A DNA stretch of 64,000 nucleotides from an uncultured Desulfobacteraceae bacterium (GTDB taxonomy: Bacteria; Desulfobacterota; DSM-4660; Desulfatiglandales; HGW-15). The stretch's first letter is position 1; every line of letters starts with the position of its first letter. Of this stretch, positions 1 through 7,875 are shown one piece after another. The stretch is from contig CAZFMX010000001.1 of assembly GCA_964520425.1 (NCBI GenBank), positions 48,764-112,763 on the forward strand, given 5' to 3'. The notes below the pieces were generated by a model, which saw nothing but the letters and a program-made list of their open reading frames with translations, was not told the origin of the DNA and searched no databases. Made by a program: the position numbers and the translations under genes.

Positions 1-142
1 CCATCACCGGAGATGCCCCCATGGCCAATAAGGCATTGGCCGTATAATTCATCACCACATAATTCGTGATGTTATGAATCAGCGGTTTCCTCTCCCTGAC
101 AGCTTCCAAATTCTGTCCCGCTTTTTCAGACCAACCTGTCAC
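1..142 (-). CDS. thiM: hydroxyethylthiazole kinase ThiM, N-terminal part only (gene runs off the window start)
   Basis: My translation of the minus strand from GTG at 140-142 gives [47 protein letters not shown]. This matches the conserved ThiM N-terminus (HNITNxVxxNxxANxLLAxGASPxM). GGAGGAGG RBS just upstream (about 150-157). Absent from the ORF track because it is truncated. Confidence 0.8.
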   Translation of the reverse strand, partial: MTGWSEKAGQNLEAVRERKPLIHNITNYVVMNYTANALLAMGASPVM

Positions 143-526
143 TGTTTCCTCCTCCTTATTCGCTCTGTTCAGTCAAAGGGATGAACCTTCCATACAAGGA
201 TTTCGGGGACCCAATTGTCTGATTGAGACTCAATCTTTTAGCTAATGTATGATGAGCCCCTAAGATACTCTCCTGATAATAAACCGATTTATGCCCTCAG
301 GCAACCACTAAAGTTTCATTTGAGTGTACTGGCCCACCAAAAGAGAGATGCAGAACTATATAACGTTGCCTCAAATTAAAACGACGATATGCATAAACTT
401 TTGATTGATTCCCTGATAAATTTACATATCTTCCTCAAAGGTGATATTGTAACGTCTGACTTATTCACATTGAATGAAGAACGCAGACTCTGTAAATATT
501 CATGCAGATTCAAACGGAGGCCATTT

Positions 527-805
527 ATGGAATACAAGACGCTGTTCACGACCTTTGCAATGATCTTCTTGGCTGAATTGGGTGACAAAACCCAACTGGC
601 GACCCTTGCCTTCGCCGCCGAAAGCAAATCCAAGGCAGCAGTATTTCTCGGCTCTGCCGGCGCGCTCTTATTGACTTCCCTGTTGGCTGTCGTCTTCGGA
701 TCTGCCCTGAGTAGGTTGATTCCTGCAGCCTATATGAAGACGGGGGCCGGAGTGCTCTTCGTCTTGCTGGGCCTGTGGATGATATTCTTTCAGGGAGGAA
801 AATAA
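527..805 (+). CDS. UPF0016/GDT1 (TMEM165) family single-domain membrane protein, putative Mn2+/Ca2+ transporter subunit
   Basis: Signature E-x-G-D-K-T motif (FLAELGDKTQLATL) and three hydrophobic segments. ATG at 527 is preceded by GGAGG at 516-520. The ORF-track start at 389 is judged too early. Confidence 0.75.
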   Translation: MEYKTLFTTFAMIFLAELGDKTQLATLAFAAESKSKAAVFLGSAGALLLTSLLAVVFGSALSRLIPAAYMKTGAGVLFVLLGLWMIFFQGGK

Positions 806-877
806 TCGATAAACAGAAGATGCAGCACTTCCCATGTTTTAGTGGGCAATAAAGACTAACTAAAACGAAGGGAGAAA

Positions 878-1036
878 ATGCCAAGACGAATACATGCCAA
901 GAAGGCAAACAGGTATAAATCCGTTGTATGCCAGGAGGACGCCTACCTGCTGGAATTGGTTCGATACATCCATTTATATCCCCCAAGAGCTAAGATTGTG
1001 GTTGACTTGTGCAAGTACACTAGGGTTAGATCTTAA
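878..1036 (+). pseudogene. C-terminal remnant of an IS200/REP-associated tyrosine transposase-like (COG1943/Y1_Tnp) gene
   Basis: My translation gives MPRRIHAKKANRYKSVVCQEDAYLLELVRYIHLYPPRAKIVVDLCKYTRVRS (52 aa). This matches the conserved C-terminal block GRYKSxxVxxDxYLLELxRYIHLNPVRAxLV of that family. The roughly 120 aa catalytic N-terminal part is absent, since only about 70 nt separate it from the upstream gene. Confidence 0.55.
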
Positions 1037-1445
1037 TTGTTAATTTTTGTTTGACGTAGAGATTGGCAAAAAGGAGAGTGTTTATTCGTGCATTAAATAA
1101 GAAGGATCAATGCACTTTCCAACTGATTTATGAGCCGCTGCATTATCCCATGATGGCCATATACTGAGTGATAGATTTCGATTTGCAATCCTAAAGGTTC
1201 GAGCAAAAATTACTTCACTTTTTTAGCGTTTAGATTTTAATAAGTTAAGTTTGGTAGTTTTTAGAAAGCAAAAGGCACGGTAATAGTGGACTATTTCTAT
1301 TTTTTACTCTCTAGAACCTGCCAAAAATGACCTGAAAACGAGATATCAAAATGTAAAATTATTTTTGTGAAACCCTTTGGGTATTGGGTAACCCCAAGAG
1401 AGTTGTTGGCTTAAATTGCACTTATGTACAGGAGGAACTTTAAAT

Positions 1446-2252
1446 ATGGCAATTATAACAATATCGAGGGGGTGTTACAGCAAGGGCAACGAAGTGGCTG
1501 AAAAGCTGGCTCAGAGGCTTGGATACGAGTGTATTTCGCGGGACGTAATTCTGGAGGCTTCCAGAGAATTTAATATTCCGGAGATTAAACTTGTCCGTGC
1601 GATCCATGATGCTCCGTCTATTTTGGATCGAATTGGCTATAGGAAAGAAAAATATATTGCCTTTATTCAGGCTGAAATCCTCAAGCACTTTCGGAAAGAT
1701 AATGTTGTCTATTCCGGTCTTGCAGGGCACTTTTTTGTGAACGATATTTCTCACGCACTTAAGGTGAGGATAATTGCCGACCTTAATGAACGAATTAAGA
1801 ACGAGGCACAAAGTGAGGGCATCTCCAGGAAAGAGGCTCTTCGTATTCTACAAAGTGATGATGAAGAGCGCCGGAAATGGAGTATTCACCTCTATGGAGT
1901 AGACACCCATAATCCCGAGCTTTACGATCTGTTTATCCATATCAAAAAGATCACGACTGATGATGCCGTCCACATTATCTCCGAAGCACTGGCGCTTGAT
2001 CTTTTTAAAACGAGCCATGAATCACAGCAACAAATGGAAGATCTGGCCCTTGCAGCCCAGGTAAAAGCTGCCATTGTGGATCTTGAGCCCGACGTCGATG
2101 TTGTCGCCTCTGAGGGTGAGGTCCAAATACATACAGCCGCACTGTTGACACGCGAGAGGGGTGTTGCTAATGAGATTGAAGTTGTCGCCAAATCTATTAA
2201 GGGCGTAACGAAAGTCACGGTGGGTGCGAAGCCTAAAAGCCATTTGGACTGA
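1446..2252 (+). CDS. cytidylate kinase-like family (PF13189-type) protein with C-terminal BON-like domain, paralog 1
   Basis: N-terminus MAIITISRGCYSKGNEVAEKLAQRLGYECISRD has the family-typical IxISR....G.E.A..LA..LG layout with a degenerate P-loop. The C-terminal about 70 aa (VDVVASEGEVQIHTAAL...IKGVTKVTV) looks BON-like. GGAGG at 1431-1435 precedes ATG 1446. Confidence 0.65.
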   Translation: MAIITISRGCYSKGNEVAEKLAQRLGYECISRDVILEASREFNIPEIKLVRAIHDAPSILDRIGYRKEKYIAFIQAEILKHFRKDNVVYSGLAGHFFVNDISHALKVRIIADLNERIKNEAQSEGISRKEALRILQSDDEERRKWSIHLYGVDTHNPELYDLFIHIKKITTDDAVHIISEALALDLFKTSHESQQQMEDLALAAQVKAAIVDLEPDVDVVASEGEVQIHTAALLTRERGVANEIEVVAKSIKGVTKVTVGAKPKSHLD

Positions 2253-2401
2253 AGACCATTACGGTATTATGGCCGCGCCTCCTGACGTCGATAATGTCCG
2301 CCTGTCCGCAACTTCCGCAGTGTACATATTTTTCGGTAAGACGATTTTTCGCATTCTATTCTATTTGTTTGGGTTCATTCTGAACCGGGGAGTCGCTTAA
2401 T

Positions 2402-3496
2402 ATGGAAGATGAACACTCGCAATCTGATGTTACCCGGAAATATACATCCAGCGGAGCGCATAGAAAGAGAGCCAAAAAGAAGGGCAGACTGCGGGCCCTC
2501 GTCCTCAGGGTTCCGGAACTAAGCATACTTATCATTTTGATTGCCTGCGGTTATATTGTGATAGCGATATTTTCAAAGGTTCAGGCTACGCAAACCCTCA
2601 CGCCATTTTCTATGTGGCTTATCATCACCGGATCCTTCTTTATCAGTATGGTCATAGCCATTATCGCAGTCATCGCCGGTATAGGCGGCGGAGTAATGTT
2701 TACGCCTATCATGCTGGGCTTTACCTCTATAGACAGCCTGGTGATAAGGGCTACTGGCCTAGTGGTCGCCATGTTCGGCGGTTTGATTTCATCCGGACCC
2801 TTTATGAAGACGAAACTGGCCAACTTGAGAGTGACTTTTTATTGCGCGGTTCCCATCACTATTGGAGCACTCACCGGCAGTATCAGTGCCATCTACTTAC
2901 ACCACGTTTTGGGGACCAGAGGTGACGGTGCAGTCCGCCTCTCCCTCGGGATTCTTATGCTTGTTATTGCCTTTTTTTTATTTACCGGTGGAGGCAAAAC
3001 CGAGTATCCGGAACCAAAGTTCATCGATCGATTTTCCATCAAGCTGGGACTAAAGGGCTCCTATTGGGAGGAATCACTTGGGCAGGTGGTCGAATACCAG
3101 ATGGTAAAAGCCCTGCTGGGGGGATTTCTTTTTATCCTTCTCGGCTTTATTGGCGGCTTCTTTGGTATGGGAGGAGGCGCATTTCTCACCGGGACACTAA
3201 ACCTTGTCATGTTGGCACCGGTTAAGGTTGCAGCGGCTTCCAGCGGCGTCTTGCTGGCCATAAGCGATGCTACCGCAATCTGGACATACATAAGATATGG
3301 AGCCCTCATTTCCATTCTTGCTGCTCCATGGATGTTGGGACACGTCGTCGGCGGAATTGTGGGAGCACACCTGTTAATCAGAATCAGGGCCGGTTTCGTG
3401 AGGAAAATTTTGATTATTATTCTTCTGGTTTCATCGGCGAAACTGATTGCGCGCGGGTTGGAGGCGATTTTAGGGATACATATACCCATTTTGTAG
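2402..3496 (+). CDS. TSUP (TauE/SafE, DUF81) family anion permease with N-terminal extension
   Basis: Polytopic membrane protein with the family-typical IAGIGGGVMFTPIMLGF and FGMGGGAFL glycine-rich motifs in its two halves. Confidence 0.75.
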   Translation: MEDEHSQSDVTRKYTSSGAHRKRAKKKGRLRALVLRVPELSILIILIACGYIVIAIFSKVQATQTLTPFSMWLIITGSFFISMVIAIIAVIAGIGGGVMFTPIMLGFTSIDSLVIRATGLVVAMFGGLISSGPFMKTKLANLRVTFYCAVPITIGALTGSISAIYLHHVLGTRGDGAVRLSLGILMLVIAFFLFTGGGKTEYPEPKFIDRFSIKLGLKGSYWEESLGQVVEYQMVKALLGGFLFILLGFIGGFFGMGGGAFLTGTLNLVMLAPVKVAAASSGVLLAISDATAIWTYIRYGALISILAAPWMLGHVVGGIVGAHLLIRIRAGFVRKILIIILLVSSAKLIARGLEAILGIHIPIL

Positions 3497-3505
3497 GAGC
3501 GTTTT

Positions 3506-3925
3506 ATGAAAAAAGGCCAATTGAAGCCACCTCTTGCCGGGGTAATATATGGCGGGATCGTTTATTGGGGGGTGTTAGTGGGCTCTCTCATTGTCATTAT
3601 TGGATCGGTATTGTCATTTTTGGGAGATAACTTTGTGCCGGCCTCTTACTGGTTGTCCACGGTATGGGAGGGTGAGTCTGTCTCTCAAATTTGGCAAGGC
3701 GCCACGGGTTCGCTCCCCATGGGGCACTGGTACCTTTCTCACCTGGCAACCGGTGATGGTTTGACTGCCATGGGAATTTCTTTGGCTGTTTTTTCAGTGG
3801 TACCAGCACTTTTTTTATCCTCAGCGGCTCTTTTCAGGGAGCGCGACTGGATATACGGCTCGCTTGCCTGTATTGCCGGAGTGATTGTGATGATAGGAGT
3901 CCTGGGCCTGTTTTCCGTAGGTTAA
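3506..3925 (+). CDS. small polytopic membrane protein (possibly DUF1634-like partner of TSUP permeases)
   Basis: 139 aa with about four hydrophobic segments, starting 10 nt after the TSUP stop. The DUF1634 assignment is from memory of gene neighbourhoods only. Confidence 0.5.
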   Translation: MKKGQLKPPLAGVIYGGIVYWGVLVGSLIVIIGSVLSFLGDNFVPASYWLSTVWEGESVSQIWQGATGSLPMGHWYLSHLATGDGLTAMGISLAVFSVVPALFLSSAALFRERDWIYGSLACIAGVIVMIGVLGLFSVG

Positions 3926-4019
3926 CTCCCATAACACCGGAAAGTCCGAGGGGGTGCGCGAACTGCAGGGCTGCCCAGAGGCTCCCACTTCTCCGGTAAT
4001 CTGGATAAAGGAGGTAGAT

Positions 4020-4817
4020 ATGTCTATCATTGCGATTGGCAGAGCTTCTTATAGCCATGGCAAGGAGATCGCTGAAAGGGTGGCGCGAGAGCTGAATTAT
4101 GATTGTATCTCTAAGGAAATTATCAGCCTTGCCTCCCAGGAATATGATATTCCGGAAAATTGGTTGAAGAAGGCTGTTGAAAACACCCCCACCATTCGTG
4201 ACCGATTCAGTTATGGAAAAAAGAAATACGTCGCTTACATCCGTGCTGCCCTGTTAGAGTATGCCGCCAAAGACAATCTGGTGTATCATGGGCTTGCAGG
4301 ACAATTTCTTCTTGAAGGCATTCCAAATATCCTCAAAGTCCTCATTTCCGCCACTACCGAGGAGCGATTAAACCTCATCATGCAAAGAGAAAATGTCTCA
4401 AAGACAGAGGCACTGAAAACCATTAAGAAGTTTGATAATGAACGGAGAAAGTGGACAATGTATTTCCATAACCAGGACCCCTGGGACTTGAGTTTATATG
4501 ATCTTGGTTTGGTTATTGGGAGACTGTCTATTGATGATGCCGTTGATAAAATCCTCGCTACGGTAACCTTGCCTTCTTTTCAAACCACTGCCGAGTCTCG
4601 CAGAATTCTTGCAAACGAAAGCCTGGCTGCCAGGGTAAAGTCGGATTTGATGAATTTTTACGCCGATGTTGAGGTCTCTGTAGAGGATCATACGGTGGTT
4701 GTACACATAAAGCGCAGTATGGCCCAGAAAGAAGCCCTTACGGACGATATCCGCGCAATCCTACAGGAAATACCGGGTGTAAAGGAGTTTCGGATTAATG
4801 TAATCCCCGTATATTAG
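4020..4817 (+). CDS. cytidylate kinase-like family (PF13189-type) protein with C-terminal BON-like domain, paralog 2
   Basis: MSIIAIGRASYSHGKEIAERVARELNYDCISKE... is collinear with the 1446..2252 product along its whole length, including NERRKW and the C-terminal VEVSVEDHTVVVHI...IPGVKEFRINV. AGGAGG at about 4008-4013 precedes ATG 4020. Confidence 0.65.
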   Translation: MSIIAIGRASYSHGKEIAERVARELNYDCISKEIISLASQEYDIPENWLKKAVENTPTIRDRFSYGKKKYVAYIRAALLEYAAKDNLVYHGLAGQFLLEGIPNILKVLISATTEERLNLIMQRENVSKTEALKTIKKFDNERRKWTMYFHNQDPWDLSLYDLGLVIGRLSIDDAVDKILATVTLPSFQTTAESRRILANESLAARVKSDLMNFYADVEVSVEDHTVVVHIKRSMAQKEALTDDIRAILQEIPGVKEFRINVIPVY

Positions 4818-4827
4818 AGAAAAAATT

Positions 4828-6237
4828 ATGAAGCTGGTACAGAAAATAACACTTGGCAATACCCTCGGCATTATCTCTATCATCCTGATAGGCGCTTTTT
4901 CCTATCATGAAATTGATCTAATTCTTGCCAAGTTACGTTTTGTTGAAATAGCCGACAGTCTTAACGCCTCTTTTCTAAGGATGAGGCTTTCAGAAAAGAA
5001 TTATTTTCTCTATAAAGATCGCTCCGAACTTTCATCGATAAAAAATGATCTGGAAGTAAGCCGTGTAACGGCTGAGAAACTGAGTCCAGATATAATCAAA
5101 GCCATCGGCGAGCAAAACTGGAATAAACTTGAATTATATCTCAACAAATATGAGCAAGAAATTGACGAGTTGGGAGAGAATAATAAAACGGCGCTGGATA
5201 TGCAAATGAAAGTCCGGGACTCTGGACGGAACTTGAGGCTCTTTTCGGAGAATATGATCAGCCTTGAGAGAAAAAGGATTAATGAAATTCTGTCTGCTTC
5301 AAAAAAGACATTACTGGTTTTCTCCTGCTTTATTATTTTTGTGGCCATAACGATCTCCTATCTTTTTTCTTCAAGAATGTTCAAGAATCTTCACCGCATA
5401 GGAAAAACGGCAAAAGCAATATCTGCCGGGAACTTCATGAAAATACAACGGAATATACCCGACAATGAGCTGGGCTCCGTCATGAAGGCAATCAATACTA
5501 TGTGTGAAGAACTTGAGACTCGCCATGAGCAACTTATTCAATCAAAGAAACTGGCATCTTTAGGCATACTCACCTCCGGCGTAGCACACGAGCTTGGCAA
5601 CCCGCTAAATAACATATCCATGGTTGCCGAGACTTACTTAGAGCTCTATGATCGTATTCCAAACGAAGATAAAATAGAATATATGAAAACGATCCAGGAG
5701 GAAAGTGAGAGAATCAGGAAGATTGTTCAGGATCTTCTGGACTTCTCAAGACCCAAAAAGGCTAATTTCAAAGTTGCGAATATTAATAGCGTCATAAAAA
5801 ATTCTCTCAAACTGGTCCAGGGTACGCTTGACATTTCAAGAATCAAGACTCAACTGGATCTTAAAGAAAACCTTCCTACCGTTTTTATCGATGAAGACAG
5901 GATCATGGAAGTAATGGTTAATTTACTAAACAATGCCATTCAGGCCATGCCTTCAGGGGGAACTTGTTTCATTCGTACGAAGCTCCCAAATAATCAAAAG
6001 AATATCATCATAGAAGTCAAAGATACCGGCGAAGGAATTCCCCAAGAGCTAATCTCTCATATCTTTGACCCTTTTTTCAGCACCAAGGAGGCGGAGGGAA
6101 CGGGATTGGGTCTGTCTATCAGTTACGGTATTGTAAGAACACATAAAGGAAAAATGGAAGTGAGGAGTAAAGTGGGAGTCGGAACAACTTTTATTATAGA
6201 ATTACCTATTCATAGGAAAAGGGGGGAACGGAGATGA
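4828..6237 (+). CDS. sensor histidine kinase (helical periplasmic sensor, HAMP, HisKA, HATPase_c)
   Basis: Two TM segments flank an about 150 aa helical domain. H-box SGVAHELGNPLNNI is present. N and G boxes are LLNNAIQA, DTGEGIP and GTGLGLSI. Confidence 0.9.
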   Translation: MKLVQKITLGNTLGIISIILIGAFSYHEIDLILAKLRFVEIADSLNASFLRMRLSEKNYFLYKDRSELSSIKNDLEVSRVTAEKLSPDIIKAIGEQNWNKLELYLNKYEQEIDELGENNKTALDMQMKVRDSGRNLRLFSENMISLERKRINEILSASKKTLLVFSCFIIFVAITISYLFSSRMFKNLHRIGKTAKAISAGNFMKIQRNIPDNELGSVMKAINTMCEELETRHEQLIQSKKLASLGILTSGVAHELGNPLNNISMVAETYLELYDRIPNEDKIEYMKTIQEESERIRKIVQDLLDFSRPKKANFKVANINSVIKNSLKLVQGTLDISRIKTQLDLKENLPTVFIDEDRIMEVMVNLLNNAIQAMPSGGTCFIRTKLPNNQKNIIIEVKDTGEGIPQELISHIFDPFFSTKEAEGTGLGLSISYGIVRTHKGKMEVRSKVGVGTTFIIELPIHRKRGERR

Positions 6238-6599
6238 ATGAATATAGAATCATGGTGATCGATGATGAAAACATTGTCGGCAAGATGATCAAGACTGTTT
6301 TTGAACCGGACGGATATACCGTGGAGACTTTTCTGGATGCAAAACCGGCGCTCGCAAGATTAAAGGAAGAAAAATTTGATGTCGTCATTACAGATCTGAA
6401 AATGAAGGATATTGACGGCATGGAGGTCCTGAGAATCATCAAAAAGGAATTACCGAAAGTCAAAGTGATAATGATTACCGCTTTTGCAAGTATGGATGCC
6501 TCCATCGAAGCATTTAGAGCGCATGTAGATGATTTTTTTCCAAAGCCGGTAAAAATATCAGAATTGAAAGCCTGTGTTAAGAAACTACTGACTGGTTGA
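6234..6599 (+). CDS. single-domain response regulator (CheY-like receiver)
   Basis: IMVIDDE acidic pocket, phospho-acceptor in VVITDLKMKDIDG, and the conserved K in FPKP. Its ATGA start overlaps the kinase stop, which suggests translational coupling. Confidence 0.9.
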   Translation: MNEYRIMVIDDENIVGKMIKTVFEPDGYTVETFLDAKPALARLKEEKFDVVITDLKMKDIDGMEVLRIIKKELPKVKVIMITAFASMDASIEAFRAHVDDFFPKPVKISELKACVKKLLTG

Positions 6600-6736
6600 C
6601 AATAAATATTACAAACATCGGGATCAGGCATTCATTCTTGACAGAATTGAAGAAACAAGTGAAAGCGACTTTACAGGGCCACAAAATGTACAGGGCGCCA
6701 AACTGCTGGCGGTTTCATTTCTATGTTTGAAAGACA

Positions 6737-7246
6737 ATGAAAGTAAAGAAAGGATTTCCTCCCATAGCTGAAGAAACAGCAACGGTACTGATTTTGGGCT
6801 CAATGCCTGGTGAGGAATCGTTGAGGAAGAAGGAATATTACGGACACCCAAGAAATGCTTTCTGGAGAATTATGGCTACTCTGTTTGGATTTGATTCTTC
6901 GATGAAATACGAAGAAAGAATAAAAGTTTTGTTGAAGAACAGAATAGCACTATGGGATGTAATGCGATTTTGCGAAAGGAAAGGCAGTCTTGATATCAAT
7001 ATAAAGAATAAAACGGTAATTGAAAATGACTTTGATTCTTTCTTCAATAGTCATCCAAATATAGTGCATGTTTATTTTAATGGTGTAAAGGCAGAAAAGG
7101 AATACTTTAAAAGGGTATTACCCAAGCTATCAAGATCAAAACGTAATATAAATTATGGCCGGCTTCCATCAACAAGTCCTGCTATGACTCAATTATCGCT
7201 CAAGGCCAAGATATTAGAATGGTCAAAGATTAAGAAAAAAACATAA
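6737..7246 (+). CDS. DNA-deoxyinosine (hypoxanthine) glycosylase, UDG family 6-like
   Basis: The N-terminal motif VLILGSMPGEESLRKKEYYGHPRNAFWRIM is typical of this UDG-superfamily branch. Confidence 0.7.
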   Translation: MKVKKGFPPIAEETATVLILGSMPGEESLRKKEYYGHPRNAFWRIMATLFGFDSSMKYEERIKVLLKNRIALWDVMRFCERKGSLDINIKNKTVIENDFDSFFNSHPNIVHVYFNGVKAEKEYFKRVLPKLSRSKRNINYGRLPSTSPAMTQLSLKAKILEWSKIKKKT

Positions 7247-7319
7247 CGTCGTTGTTTCACACAGACCGCTTGTACTTCACGTCCTATGAGCAACCCGTTA
7301 GGCTAGGAGGGTAACTATT

Positions 7320-7502
7320 ATGATTACAACCATTCGTGAAACCGACTACGTACTCAACAAGGTTGATGGTAGCGTAAGTATCAAAAAAATTCTCGATTAT
7401 GCGCAGTGCAATGTGGGTAAATGGCTCTCAGATCCAGTTCTCTTCGATCTATCAAATGCTACTATCTCGCCTAATCGGTCTTTCAAGGTTCGCCACATTT
7501 AA
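7320..7502 (+). CDS. hypothetical 60 aa protein (possibly a gene fragment)
   Basis: Strong RBS TAGGAGGG 8 nt upstream of the ATG. No recognisable family. It sits in an AT-rich about 600 bp stretch with no other convincing gene. Confidence 0.3.
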   Translation: MITTIRETDYVLNKVDGSVSIKKILDYAQCNVGKWLSDPVLFDLSNATISPNRSFKVRHI

Positions 7503-7875
7503 TCTGTTAGTAAACCTTAATGGCATGCATTGCATGCCCGTTCATTTCTCGTTATTATCGGAACACCCACTTCCCTCCTTTCCCAGACACTGCGTTTGAC
7601 AAAAGGAGCATCGTTCCGTATGTCAAAAAAGAATGACCAGAGAATAGCCAACAACCTCAGATACTTATATCCGTTTGAATTCGGCAGTTTTCTGCCAAAT
7701 CTCAGATTGCAGAATAAGTGATACTCTACTGCCAATGCCTTGAATTCCTTCCAGTTTTTCCTTGAATTGAATGACACAATGTGGCACTTATATCAAATCG
7801 TGTTTATGTTAGGATGACTTTTAGGAAGGAAGGCTTCATTAGCGGCTTAAAGTTTTTCTTTTGTTCGGAGTTTCC

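Noticed and set aside
150-400. Expected TPP (THI-box) riboswitch in the leader of thiM (minus strand).
   Set aside because: I reverse-complemented the leader. It lacks the conserved CUGAGA and ACCUGAUCUGGAUAAUGCCAGCG elements. Only a vague CCCTTTGA...AGCG resemblance is present, so no riboswitch is called. An Infernal scan would settle it.
360-526. Possible yybP-ykoY Mn2+ riboswitch upstream of the UPF0016 gene.
   Set aside because: No GGGGAGUAG, UUGACAUA or AGCAAGACC-type conserved blocks are visible.
546-986. 146 aa Arg/Pro-rich minus-strand ORF.
   Set aside because: It is antisense to the UPF0016 CDS and has a composition typical of a shadow ORF.
1407-1420. Sigma-54-like TGGCTTAAATTGCA just upstream of the 1446 operon.
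   Set aside because: The GG to GC offset is 10 nt instead of the 12 nt required for a -24/-12 promoter.
3494-3508. Same-frame adjacency of the TSUP gene and the next gene, and likewise 58293-58310 between the adaptor and permease, as possible read-through.
   Set aside because: The stops are TAG, each followed by a proper RBS and ATG for an independent gene. There is no recoding context. This contrasts with the TGA at 28750.
7522-7538. GGCATGCA-T-TGCATGCC, which looks like TGGCA..TGCA.
   Set aside because: It is a perfect 8+8 palindrome with a 1 nt centre. Neither possible GC is at the sigma-54 spacing. It may be an operator or restriction-type palindrome, and there is no evidence for function.
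7517-7777. Small ORFs (63-86 aa, both strands) in the AT-rich stretch 7500-7860.
   Set aside because: No RBS and no recognisable motifs. The region may be degraded DNA or the regulatory region of the kinase operon.
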